Source: Cycas panzhihuaensis
Taxonomy: Eukaryota; Plantae; Cycadophyta
DNA length: 64,000 nt
Direction: 5' to 3'
NCBI GenBank assembly: GCA_023213395.1
Contig: CM041465.1
Coordinates: forward strand, 137,585,741 to 137,649,740
Shown: positions 50,873 to 64,000 of the stretch, one piece after another
How positions within the stretch are numbered: the stretch's first letter is position 1
Layout of the letters: every line of letters starts with the position of its first letter
Program-made: the position numbers and the translations under genes
Notes under the pieces: model-generated
Told to the model about the DNA's origin: nothing
The model's database searches: none
Seen by the model: only the letters and a program-made list of their open reading frames with translations

Positions 50873-51422
50873 TGTGTGGTTGATTTTGTTATTACAACCA
50901 CTACAAGTCGCTACTCGCCACGAGGTCGCTACAGTCGCTCTGGAGTCGCTACGAGTCGCTACAAGGTCGCTTCTGGTATTTGCTCTGAGTCGCTCTGAGG
51001 TCGCCACTGAGTCGCTGCAGTGCCTCTGGTCGCCTCTGGTACTCTGGGCCTTTCACAGTCGCTACTAGTCCGCTACAAGCTGCTGGATCGCTAACCGCTA
51101 TTCGGCGGGGAATGGGACAGGCGGGCAGACCCATGATAGTTAGGAAAGCAGTTAGTTGTGGGAAAGAAACAGTTATGTAACGCTCTTAAAAGAGTATAAA
51201 AGAAGAAAGAACCGCAATATGCGGTATGTATGTATCTCAGTTTGCTTATGTTTAGGGAAGAAACCTGCCACGTGTAGGGCAGTTCTCTGTATTGTCCGGC
51301 AAGCGTCTGGTTGTGAGAGGACCAGACGTGATGCCTTCTTGAAATAATTAATCCTGGATGGACTTCTTCTAAAGTGTGTGTCTTTCTCTTTGCAATTACT
51401 GAGCATGACCAAGCCGCACACA
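50873..51422 (+). repeat. 3' LTR of element D (550 bp)
   Basis: Direct repeat of 41611-42159, followed by the TSD. Confidence 0.95.
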
Positions 51423-51427
51423 GAGGC

Positions 51428-52060
51428 CAAGCTGTTAGATGTATGAAAAAAGTATGCCGGATATTCTTAATTATGTAAAAGACGAAACTATCTCCAACCG
51501 CTGCTGCCGAAAGGTGAGCAACAATCTAGATAAAACATCCTCGGAGGCACTGAAAACCATCATCTTATTCATTTCTAATTCTTCTTGTTCTCAGAAAAAG
51601 ATGGCAAAGCGTTTGTTACAACCCCTAAGAGAAACTATATTATATGCAAATAACAAAAAGGCAATCAAAACATTATACAACATGCATCCATCATATATAT
51701 ACAAGAGTGGCTTGTCAAATGTACTCTTCAGCAACCCTATTTGACTCAAATAGTTTGGGGATCTTTCTACAAAGACCATGTGGGGTGAGGACTTGCCTTA
51801 TAATTCTCGTATATAAAGTTACTACACCAAGCATGATTGCTTTTGAGAATTCCAAACAATGTGGATGTAGGAAATGTGGTGGAATTACATCAGAAGTCTT
51901 TCAAGAGTTTAATAAGACAATGGTAAGCCTTACGACGGTGATGTTTAACTTCCTCAATGATAGCTACAAGAGAAAATATTATGGGGTCATATTTTTGTAT
52001 GTATAGGATTTAATTGCCTTTATGATGTTTTTAAAGAGTCAACCTCGGGAACCACATATT
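51428..52060 (-). mobile_element. LINE RT remnant, 5' continuation of the LINE split by element D
   Basis: FLLFAYNIV (LLFADDIV relic) and SQIGLLK (xIGVxQG relic); sequence rejoins across the GAGGC TSD. Confidence 0.65.
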
Positions 52061-54999
52061 CACATTTTTATTAGTTTCAAGTCAATTTTGGCCTTTAATT
52101 AAATTATTCATAATATAGCTTCTTTGTAATGTCGTATAGCCTTGGTCATAGTAGTGCTCATGTGACCAATACTTGGGATCCTAGGGTCATTTTGGCCAAA
52201 CTAATTGGTTTCAAATGATGCATAAGTAATTTGTTTGTATGGATTTGGGGGAATTGTAAACACACTATCCCTGTGCATTCACACCTCAAATGTGCACCTA
52301 CACATTCAACCTTCTTACCTTAGTTGAAATTCACGTCTAGCTTGCAATACTTGCACTGGTTAGTTCCTAAAACCTGACTTTATGCAACCTATTATGGGGA
52401 TAATTTTTCTCTAAGAATATATTGCATATTTCAACATAATTAAATAATAAATATTCCAATTCATTTAACAAATGTTTTAGTACCTTCCTATGAATAATTA
52501 AATGCATGCTTCAATTCACATTTAATGCTACCGTTTGACACCATTGGTAACACACATTTTTGTATGTTTCTTAATGTCTTTTGAATAAATAGTACAATAT
52601 ATTTTCATGGGTGTTATCAAATGTTTAATGCACAACTCTGCATATTACATAAATGAGCACGAGAATGTTAAAAGTAACATTTCAAAATGCACACCATTCT
52701 GATGGAGAGATTGTGTGCAAACACCTTTAATCCATTATTACTGTGTCAAGTATTGTATAGGTTAATGCAATCAATTTTTTTTTTTCACGAATGAATCTTC
52801 AAGTGTTTGGTCATTATCATTTCTAAAAGCATGGTAAATGTGATTAAATTTCAAGGGAAACATCAACATTAATAAATAAGAATTAAATAGGGGTTGGAAG
52901 TGAAGATTAGAAGAATGATGGCTTCACTTAGTTCATGATAAATGGGTAAGTTGCTCTCTCTTTCTTGCTTTCATTTTCAAACCTAGAAAGGACGGAATAA
53001 TCACATTAAACACTTATAAATGTCATGGATGTCCAATAAATTTTTTAATTGATGATCCCCTTTATTATAAACAAACTTTATTCTGAATATATATTAGACA
53101 CATAAGGCCATAGAATATGTCCTAAATCTAAACACCATAACAAAGATAATTTGAGCAATATTTTTTATAAAACCCTTTTCAAAATGTTGGTTGTGTTAGC
53201 AAAATGCCATTTGACTTGATATACAAGAACTTGAGGGCTAAAAAGGCTGTTGTTGCTTTTGTGTCAACCGATATGGTCCAACATTTGGTGATCTTGGAAA
53301 AAACATGCTTGATAATTGGCATGAAAGTTACATCTCCACGAATCAAATTCCTATAGTGCAAAAATAAAAAGGAAGAAAATCTTTTTGTAATTATAAAGAG
53401 AATATATTAATTAGGATATTAATTAATTTAATGTAATTATTAATGAAAAGATGCAATCTATTGGGAATGTGGCACTTTTGACTTTTGATAATGTATATTT
53501 AATGAATTGAATGAAGAAGAGAATTCCAAGGAAGATAAGGAATCCTAAGATGAATTCCTAAATGGTTGGGTTGGGGCACAAGGCACGATTGGGGACTAGA
53601 CCTAGAGCTTGCTACAAGAGCCAAACGATGTAGCAAAGGCGCTAGGCGTGACGAGATTTGGGCTGATACTAGAAATGTTAATGAGGAACCCGATGATGCA
53701 ACAAGTGCCCTTGAGGAGCTTAGTTTGGCATTGCGGGTGTTCGTGAGGAGCTTGGTCTAAAGCAGGAGACAAGCAATCCTCTAGAAGACCTCCATCTCTT
53801 TTGGTTGGATTTTTTAGTGAAAGAACAAGATATATACTCTATCTTTATTTGATGAAAATATAAATATTATTTCAAAAGAAATGACTATTTTATTTTTTGA
53901 TAATTGTGTGAATTTCAATAAATTCGTGTATCTTTATTTCTTGAAAATAAGTTGAAAGAATGGAAGCTATGTAGAATTACTTAATTTTATTTTTAGGGAA
54001 CAAGGAACATTACATTTGCTCCAAATATTATTGGCCAACACACTAAATTTAGATTGATACAAGTGTTTATAAGGAACCTAATTGATGTGGTGAATGCTCA
54101 TGAGGAGTCTAGTTTGGTGTCGAGGATGTCTACAAGGAGAGCTAGTCTAAGCACGAAACAACTATCTCGTTGCATTTGGGAAAAAAACTTCAACCCCTCT
54201 GATCATCACGTCTAATCATTGCATTTCATGAGACAATCCTTATTTTGACACTATCAAATACACAATGCATATTTCCATTCGATAGAAGCATAGAGAAGGT
54301 TATTCCCTTATCCAAGATGCACTTTCCAAACCCAATTTTTACAATGAACCCTGGTTCTAGAGCCACCATGTTAATCAATGCACTTGAAACACTAGTAAGG
54401 GTGATCATTTGTGTGCTTATTTGTTGAGCTTTTGGAAGATTGAAGTGACCTCCATATTACCCCCTTTGAATACACTATTACCTTGTCACCACTTGTTACA
54501 CACACACACATACACGAGCGCATAATCACAATTCACAAAGCATAGATTAAAAAAAAAAAAAAAAAACCTAGGAATTCAAAAGGAATTGACATAGGGAATA
54601 TGCATAAAACAAATGTAATTTGGGATACAGATGGAAGTAGGGCAGGCGAGGTTGGGGCCCCTATAGGAAAATGATTAGAAACCCAATTCGAGTTGGCTTA
54701 TCTTGGATTATAGCTTTCTTGGGAATAGATCCTCAACTAGGTGGCTGAGTATTCATTGATGTAACCATTGATGGGTGGGGGGTAGTGAAGTAGAGGAAGA
54801 GGTGGAGGAGCCATCTTTCTATTAATAAACCTAGCCATTGACAAGACCAGAGGTGGTGAGGACAAGGAAGGGGTTTGCCTTGAGATGCAAATGTCAACAA
54901 GTTGTAAGATTCACCTCTCATTTTCCTTCATTTAGCATGGGGCCTTTGTCTCAACCATTGCTCGAAGAAATTAAACGAAAGGCCCACTCAACCTTACTA

Positions 55000-57495
55000 T
55001 TGCTGAATACTATGATGAAATGATAGGGTATTGATAGGAGAAAAATCTTGCTATCAATTCTTGCATTATAATGAACGATGGAGATAAATTGTGGTGCTTG
55101 TAATGCTTAACCCTTGAAAAACATAGTTAAAACTGAATTATCTTTAGGACTGAATGAACTAGTAAGCCCCCTCTCATTGGACTACATGTATCCATGTGAT
55201 ACCAAAATAATTTTTTGGAGGAGGAAAACTCTCCCTATTGCCCACCTGCATTGTTACTCACTCATCAAATCGACTTTCTCTGAGCCCATTTTGTGTAAGA
55301 CAAGAGCAACTATTCTAGCTCATAATGAGTGTATTATTTTTAAAACCCTCTCAATCCCTACTGTGTGTGTGTGTGTAACCCTTTTTTTTTTGGTGAATAC
55401 TTTACATCCATGAAACTTTCATTACTATTGAATTTATATACCATTCTTGTAACTCAACACTTTTATCCTTACTTTGGTAAGAGATGTTATTTTAAAAGGG
55501 GGGAAATATCCTTGAAGATTCTCTCATGATAATTTTTTTTAAATAGACATTTAAATCCCTATGAGTTAATTCATGAATAAATTGATCATAGTGAGTATCA
55601 ATAACTTAATGGCATCATAATTTTATGAAATTTAAGGATTTGCAATCCAAGCGAAGATTTCTTCTTGCACCATTTTGCTTTTTACAAGTAAAATCTCTAT
55701 AAAGTGGGGTTGACTTGTCAATATGAGATGCCATAAGAGAAGGGAATTTAATTTGCCAAAATCTCATAGAAATTGCATTTGGCATCATTTGTTTAGAGAC
55801 AACAAGAAGTAGTTTCAAACCTCCCAAAAATTTTGACGCTAACATAATCTATGAAGGCCCGATTAAGATTACAAGCTCTAAACATACACTAATATTACTA
55901 AGTCATCTTTGTTGCCAATGCTACATGTGTATTCAAATTTTGTTTAAATTGTGCATTAATGGCATATTAATTTCAAAATAACCATGCACATCACTTCCAT
56001 TTCATAATTTGAATTGGAGTGCACCCTTACTAGCTAGCTAAAACAATGGCATACCAAGCTATCATTGCTATAAACACCATGAACCTTGGTCAATACATTG
56101 TCAACTCCTTATAGCACCACCTCTATTCAAAAAACCACAAACCACAATCAATCACACGAAATGATGTTGCCTCCAATTTGAACAAACATTCCATAGACCA
56201 TATGTTCTATTATATTTTGATCCGATTGATTGAATGTCGAATACCATAAAAACCATTACACGCCTATTGGAATTAACCATGTAGGCAAAACCTACTTGTC
56301 CATTAAAGCATCAACATCTGCCAATCACCATGCCATGCAAATTAGCCAAACATCACATGCATGAACATGAGACGTTGACCACTTTGGTTTGCATGTAAAA
56401 TGACACTGTCGATGAAAAAAAGAGGTTGAATTATTCATGTTGATTAATATTATCGATGCCACTATAGTAAGCACCCATTAAGCACTAACATCTTCCATTT
56501 ACCATGAAATGTCGATAAGAAAAAATGCCCACCAATCACTATGAAACACTAACAAAGAAAAGGTTGAATTGTGTACGTTGATCAACATCAATGTTGTCTT
56601 ATTAAAAAGTGTAGATCTTTGACCATGCTAAACATAATTCCACCAACACAATAATATGTAATCGCCACATAAATTTTAAATGAATTTACCAGCCATCAAG
56701 CACAATCACAACATCTAAGAATGTCAAATCCACATAAATCACTCTAATACAATGCCATAAAACAAATATGTAATGGGTTGGTAACACCATCATTGCCAAT
56801 TGCCACACCAAACTGAAATGAATTTGTCAACAATCAAGCACAATCAAAATGTTGAATATTAGCAAATTTGCAAAAATCACTCTAATACAATGCCACAAAA
56901 CAAATATGTAATGGGTTGGTAGCACTATCATTCCCTATCTAGACCTAGAACACCTCTTATAGACCCTTTGAAGGCAAGAACAAACCGGATTAGAAAACCC
57001 AATGATAAATTCAACCATATCGCTAGCTTATACATAATACTAATAATGAACATTGCACCTAGTGTAATATTTCTAATGATTGTGCAAACCTTCATCAACC
57101 AAAGTGGTTGGATATATTCAAAGTCGAATTGCCTAAACCTACACTCGAACGATAAGCAATTACTTCCACACCAAAATCTCCATGCATCACATAAGGATTT
57201 AGTTACAGCCACCAAAACTCCCCATAATCTGAATGCTAAAACCATACCAATTAGTTGAAGGGAACTGCAATCCCATAGAGTGATGATACCACGAGATTAA
57301 CCTTGAGCTCCACCCTCATAATAGAATATTTATAGCCATTCCATAGTTGGTTCGAGCCAAAAGATTCTTCTTTTGTCATTTTAGTTTCTTGAAGATGAAG
57401 AACATTAAGAATCCATTCCCTAATACATTCTCTTAGGGCTTGTTTTGTAGAGGTCAAACTTAGACCTCACATGCTTTATGATACAATAATCATTT
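55000..57495 (-). mobile_element. Decayed L1-type LINE ORF2 (APE endonuclease 56930-57495; weaker downstream remnants to ~55000)
   Basis: MIIVS*SM*GL (SWNVRGL relic), NVLHLQETK, LIRFV (LDRF relic), DKSTP (DKSPG relic). Confidence 0.55.
56697..56932. repeat. Two copies of a ~138-bp tandem unit
   Basis: AAATCACTCTAATACAATGCCA.AAAACAAATATGTAATGGGTTGGTA occurs twice. Confidence 0.85.
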
Positions 57496-60272
57496 TTGTC
57501 CTTGATGGGATGATGCCCTTTCTAGCTTTGGGAGCTCCTTCACTTATGTTGGGATTCTTTATCTTTTGGACATCCAATGTGAACTTGTCTTTACTAATTC
57601 TCAATTGGGAATGAGTCCCACTTTCAATTCCTCTTGAAGTTTCCATTTAAAGAATTTCCATATTTGATTGTTTGCCTACCTTCCTTCTATTAGTGGACGA
57701 GCCGACCGTTGAGTGAGGTTGAAGAGTTGACTCATCTCCTACATTCATGGTCAACTCTTCCTCTCAGGAAATGGGGAGTTGATTATTGACAATTATCTAC
57801 CTGCCTTCCTTCTTTCTCCCGCATAATATATAATTACATAAATATTAAGTGTTAGATAAAAAATTAATTATTTTAACTTTAAATTTGTTAGAAGATGGGA
57901 GGATTGCCATTGATGTGCCTCAATCTTTAGTAAGTTGCTTTAATGTTCAACAAGTTTGTTAATGTCCATATGAAAATAATAACATCTACTAGTCCACATG
58001 GGTAACTAGTTACTGTAGCCACTAATTCACTAGGAAGATTATTTGGTTACGTGGTTTAATCAATAATACTAATAGCCACACTTTAAGAATATGTCATTTT
58101 ATATGTCAGTTGAATGTGCTAAAAATACATATAAGAGTAGCATAAATTTTGTATCTCATCTTTTACTTTATAGAACTAGGCAATTTCTTTAGTATCTATT
58201 GGCTGAAATTACAATAAACATTGGCTATATTAACTAAAAATACATGAGATATTATTATTATTAGTTAGAAATGCATAAGAAATAGGCTCTTTGGCCTCAC
58301 AATTGCCCTCTTAGACTTATATAAGTCTAATAATACAAATTGGCATTGACTTGATCAAAGGATATCACTCAAACATAAAAAATACTCTATTTTTGATAAA
58401 ATTTAACTTTCTAAGGCTCTCAAGAGTTTAAAAGAGTATTTTTCATATTTTCTTCTCTTCTTTCATTTGCCCCCTTTATTTAGAGTGTGGTTTTATATAA
58501 ATAGATATTTGAAATCATAAAAGAAAGGTTATGATAAATAAATATGCCAGAAAATTTGAAACAAGAAAAAAAGACAAACCTACAAAAGTAACATTTGCCT
58601 TGTATTGATTTCAAATATTAGAATATCCATTAAATAATCACCAAAAGGGTTTGTATGACTAAATTTGTTTTGAAGGTAAATGAGTCATCTCCTCAATGCA
58701 ATAGATTAGAAGTCTAAGTTTTATAGTTAAAGTTAGAATAGAAAAACTACAAGCATGTCATAAAAAAGTTAATTAATATTAAAAGGTAAGTTAGCCTCTT
58801 TTGTTGGGGGCTCTAGTCATGTGGGCTAATCTCTAGGGGTTGGCGAACCTCAAAAAACATTTTAATTTCGTTAAACTAAGAGAAAACTTTGTAAAAAAAA
58901 TAATTAGAAATCTAATTTTTTTTGCCATCATTCATTTTTAAAATTTATGCTCTTGTGTTTTGTAGAGGGCATCTCTACAATGTTATGGACTACCGATATC
59001 TATGAATCATGGTGTCTATGTGAGGGACAAATATTTGAAACCAATTTTGTCTTCCCTTTTTGATGACTTGAACCTCACTTGTTGATTTTCATGCGTAAAG
59101 TTAGAAGTGGTTTTAATTTAAAGGTAGTTAGGGTTCTCATTCTCAAGAATCTCTTTAATGGGCAGAGTAAGATGACCTTGAAGATACTATCTTGCATAAG
59201 ATCCACACAAAAGTATATTTTTACCTAAACTTTCACCAACATTTAGACATTCCTAAAATTCTCTGCATGCAATTTGGCCAACCAAGTGGCTATGTTTTAT
59301 TTTTCACAAAAATGAACTAACATGTTTTTTTTGCTTTCATTGAAATCCTTGGCCCACTTAAGTTCCTTGTTTATATAAGCATAATCATTGGAGTTTCTAG
59401 CCCTTTTTGTTCTTAGCCATGAAGAAAAGATTGACCATTGAATAACTTCAAAATCTTTTGATTCGCCTAGCATTAACATAATTATGATCTCCAACATCTT
59501 CAGATGTTATGTTTTTTGCAATTTGTCCACTTTCTGTTGACATTACATTTTCTTTGATAGGATGAGTTTGGTTAAGTTTGTGCTTCTTTTTTTAAAGTTG
59601 TTTCTTTCCTTTAAATAAGCTCTGCATTTATGTAAATGACCTAAAAATCCTTCACATCTTCATCTTTCACTTGACTTTATATGCTTGGGTGGCTTGTGTT
59701 ATAAAATACACAAAAAACACAACCAAAATGATATTGAAAAACAAAATGGGTTTACCATGGCAGTTTTTCAGCTTTGGCATATAGTTGTTGCAACTACCAA
59801 AAAGAAAAAGAAAAATAATAATATTTTTTTTGCAATCTTCATTTGGTATCTGCAACTATTAGTTTAAAAAACTTAGAAAACTTGAATTTGTGGCCAACAC
59901 TAAGATTTGCATGCAATATTATTTTAGGGTCCTATGGTTGTGAAAAAGAGGCCATAAGGCAATTTTAAGGCATCAAATATTATTTAAACACCATGATATT
60001 TTTCTTCTTCTTCTTTTTGAAAAATAAAAAATGCAAATCTTGATATGTATTTTGCTTTCTAAAACTATCTATAATATTTCAGAATAATTTGCCTAATAAA
60101 ACCTTTCTTTTTCTTTTTAAAAAATACAACTATTAAATGCATTTTGCAAGATCTTCCAATGGTCACTTTCGAGGGAAAAAAATAAGGTTATATGAAGATA
60201 TCAAAGTCTCAAAAAAATAGCTCAAAAAATTTAAAGAAACTAGGCTCTAAATTCCAAAGGATCAAAACTTTG

Positions 60273-60606
60273 GCTTTGATACCAAATATTGAGTGTGGCA
60301 TTGCTCTAATACCATAATGTTAGGTATTAAATTTAATTTTTATACTAAAATATTATGGACGATTAAGTGGAAGTAATGCATGGATGATAGACCTAACCAT
60401 AATTGAACATGGGACATGCAATGAGTACAAAATATCATAATTAAATGCACAAAGTATAATGAAATATACACACAAAGGATAGACACAATATGTGGAAGAA
60501 TAGTTATTCCTTAATTATTAAAATATGATGTACATATTTATAAAACAACTCATTTCAAATTAAGAATCTAAAGTTAATTATTGTATGCTTGGTACACATT
60601 TCAACA
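60273..60606 (-). mobile_element. Decayed LTR with adjacent tRNA-iMet PBS relic
   Basis: GCTTTGATACCA at 60273-60284; TATTGA (decayed TGTTGA)...TCAACA termini at 60287-60606. Confidence 0.5.
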
Positions 60607-61929
60607 ACCTTTATAGGTGTTCATAATAAAATATTCATAAATTATGTGTAAGAGAGTGAGAAGGATTTGGTATATCATTTGATATAATTAGATATTATAT
60701 CCAATACCTATTTATAAGCCAAGAAGAATATCCTATGAGTTATTCCCTTGGGGATTGCTTGAAGAATAAATTGGTGTTTGTAGCACCACCATAATCGAGC
60801 TTACAAATGCTCTCCAAGAGGAATAGACCCATATACAGACTAACTTTAAGGGTAAATAGTGAGATGAACTTTTCTCCTTTCTTATTCTCTTATGTTTAAC
60901 ATCTATCACTAGTAATAACAACCATTCTAAATAATAGGATTCAAATTACCGGCACATTTAAGTAAGAAAAGTACGTGGCATGGTCAACTACAAATTGTTG
61001 TAGTGATTGAAATACTAGGTTGATTATGACTACAAGAATACAACTGCTATAACTACTTCAAGACATACTAATTAATAGATATGGATAATAGACCTAACCT
61101 TGCATCAATAATAGAAAAGAACCGGGTCTTAGACAAAAGCTTAGAAAAAATGATAAGTGATAGAATTGAAGCTTAAGTTAGAAAACAAGGGAAGGGAATA
61201 CTTGACAGATAATGATATGTTAAATGAAGAGCAATATCAAGACAAGCATGGATTTGTGAAATCAAGTATAGGAGGATCCACATCAAATAGTAATAAAAGT
61301 GAAAGCACAACACTAATAAGGAAGGGTGAAAATGGGGCAAGGTGCAAAAATAAAGGGAGAATGTCAAGGAGGGAACATAAACCACAAGGTAAAAAGAACA
61401 TAAGTAAATGAAGAAACAAGGGATATAGAAAGCATACAAAGAAAGGTGAGTCAAATAGAAGCTTTGAAAGCTCGGGGACTACCTCTAGCTCAAAGGACAC
61501 TTATAGTTCTAATAGTCTCGATGAGTCTAATATGTAATCTTTATGGAGTCTAGAAAGATGACATCCCTTGTTATGAACTAATACCCACCCCTTTTTAGGT
61601 GAACCAACATGTTTATTGGGTAATGGAAACCTTTTGCGTCATATTTAAGATGCAGAAGATCAAAGGAAGATCATTATGGAGTCTTATTTTGGAGCATTAG
61701 CTATTTGGAGGCTGGTGTAGGTAGTACTGATTCTAGGAGGAGCCCTTACCTTGAAGAGGACTAGTATTCATTTTATTTAACTCATTTTTTAAATTACTTC
61801 TTTATAATTAGCATATTTCTATTAATTGGTGTTATTCATTAGTCGATGTATATTACTAAATCTAGTCAGTTCGTAATATGATCATAACAAGAAAAGAAGA
61901 GAATAAAAGGAAATAAACAATTATAGAAG

Positions 61930-62420
61930 AAAATTGAAACTTCCAGACCATGAAGGAGAAAGAGGCATGGGAGAAGAGGTCAAAAATTGAATACATAACC
62001 TAGAAAGATACTTTGAGTTAAAAAGACTAGGTAGCTATACCAAGACCTCAATAACCATATATCAATTAATGAGACTTGCATTCACTTAGTGATATGACAA
62101 ACTCCATAGTTACAAAACAAAAACAAAGTTTATCCCTTAGAATAAGTTAAAAAAGAAATTTTGTAATAAATTTACCTCTGAAAACTTCTTATAAGATAGT
62201 CAATGTTTTTTGCAATTTAAAGTATAGAAGCCTTAACATAAGTGAGCATAAAAAAGAAATTGAAATCCTTAATAGATTTATACCTATTATCTAAGGAAAG
62301 GATCGACTTATAAGATTCATTAATGGATTGAATTGAGAATATTGCACTTATGTATGAGTTCATAAGCCTAATTTAATGGACAAAGCTACAATATTTGTAG
62401 AGAGATATGGAGAGCAAAGG
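61930..62420 (+). pseudogene. Possible highly decayed Gypsy gag core
   Basis: Weak LPDHEGE...LERYFE and RFINGL motifs among many stops. Confidence 0.35.
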
Positions 62421-62821
62421 AGGGGACAAAAAGGGAGGGAATGGTTACATGAAAGGGAAGGCACTTGCATGGGCAGTACACTTAAACACAAAAGAAAAAG
62501 ATATAAAGTAAGTAGAAGGGATGATCATAAAGACTGGGATAGCAACTAAGATTATCAAAGCACTGAGACTGCTACTAGAAGCCATAATAGCTCTCAAGAG
62601 GAATAATCTTACTGAGGTTTATACAAGAAATCTCCTAGGTAGTTAAGTAACTAAAATTAGGTCCAAAATTAATGAAACAAATTTAAAACTATAAATTATT
62701 GGGAATGCAAAGAAGCCACAACCATAAATGCACATACATGTTATAGTTGAATTGGGTAAAATATATATGCAATTATCTTTGGTATAAGTAAACAACAAAA
62801 TAAATGAACAATATTTTGTTG

Positions 62822-64000
62822 TGTTATGGATCTTTTCGGTAACTGGAGCACAATTTAAAAGATTCCAAAGAACACAAGTATGCTTGAAAGTAAATTTACA
62901 GTGAAAAGACCAATTGGTATTGATTGATAAAAATAAGTGATGATTTTTAATACACTGGAGGCCTCATTTATCAGTGCATGACAGGCCTTTTCAATTATAA
63001 GTTACAACTCTTGGAGATGCCCTTTCACTTTAATTAACAATTACTTAATCCCTTTAAGGAGGTCTGTAACAATTCCTCCCCCTTAAGATGTTTCGCCCAC
63101 GAAACATAGTCGAACGATTACAATCCCTTAAACATATGATGTCCTTCATTGTAGTGGAGTCCATTAAGTGATTAGACGAATGTTGCAGGTATTTATTGGA
63201 AGATTCCTTTGGGTGAAAATCTCAACAGTATTTTTGGAGTGCTTGTGGTTGCCTTTTTACTTCTTCACCCTAATTCTCATGTAATATGACTTTAGTTTTG
63301 TTTGATCTTTTTCTTGATAATGTGATGGTTCTTCTTTCTTTCTTAAATCACATAAACTACTCGTCCATATTCATTTTGAAGGTTCTAAGTGTACTGAGCC
63401 ATTGACTGCCCAATACAATATCTACACCTCTGACATCAACAACGTAGAAATCTTCTATAATGCTGATGTCGTTTAGCATGATGTTAAGGTTCTTCATTAT
63501 ACCTTGGCCAGAGATTACCTGCCTTCCTCCAACAGTGACATGGAAACGAGGAGTCCTTAATGGAAATAACCTCAGTTATTGTGCGCAGTTTCGATCAATA
63601 AAATTATGTGTGCTACCTAAATTTATCAATATTGTTACAACTTGATTTTTAATAGATCCTTGCAATTTTAAGGTATTTGATTGATTAAAACTACTCATAT
63701 ATGATAGTGACATTTGTGGATGGTCGTCATCGAGATTACTGTGGCTTTCTTGATGTTCTGCATGATAACAATTTCTTTGATTATTTTTAGATTCTTGTTC
63801 TTCTTCGTCAATATTGCCATTTGGCAGTAATCTGATTGTATATAGATGGTTCTTTTGACATCTATGCGCAGGTTCCCACTTTTCCTCACATCTGAAGCAT
63901 AGGTTTCTTCTTCTTAACTCTTCTTGTTCTATTTTTGTTTTTTGAATGATTAGTTTGGCAGGTTAATTGATTGACAATTGTTTATGCTGAACGCTTGGTA
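62822..64000 (-). mobile_element. Internally deleted Gypsy element: protease, PPT, probable ~250-bp 3' LTR (62822-63071); continues off the right edge
   Basis: Minus-strand ILINLGSTHNFID and GVDIVLGSQWL; AAGGGGGAGGAA-T-TGTTACA at 63084-63065. Confidence 0.7.

Larger units (their letters stand above)
41611..51422 (+). mobile_element. Element D: full-length (~9.8 kb) non-chromovirus Gypsy LTR retrotransposon with an extra 3' ORF
   Basis: LTRs 41611-42159 and 50873-51422 (TG...CA); perfect TSD GAGGC at 41606-41610 and 51423-51427; PBS, PPT, long ORFs. Confidence 0.97.

Noticed and set aside
58800-59900. Possible DNA-transposon or host-gene remnant (ORF 59297-59497)
   Set aside because: No recognisable motif, TIR or exon structure.

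Overview
Plant nuclear DNA, probably a fern (inferred from the LINE and Gypsy types). The window is almost entirely nested, mostly decayed retroelements, and I can support no host gene. Two full-length Gypsy LTR elements have identifiable target-site duplications (TSDs). Element B (3363-19983, TSD ATTTC, ~2.57 kb LTRs, tRNA-Arg-type PBS) is Tat-like and sits inside the LTR of a related, oppositely oriented element A; a third relative, C, lies at ~22.2-25.6 kb. Element D (41611-51422, TSD GAGGC, ~550 bp LTRs, tRNA-Glu-type PBS) sits inside a LINE. Also present are chromovirus relics, a decayed Copia with a TRIM nested in its integrase, and LINE relics. The most notable structure is a ~4 kb accessory cassette between integrase and the 3' LTR of B. 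It holds an antisense, three-exon plant mobile domain (PMD)-like gene with its own TATA box, head-to-head with a stand-alone archaeal-type RNase H ORF detached from pol, and it is bracketed by two (TA)n arrays. Element D independently carries a sense-strand 3' ORF that aligns by eye with the same PMD-like motifs and is preceded by an array of short motifs. All translations and alignments were done by eye; no database searches were run.
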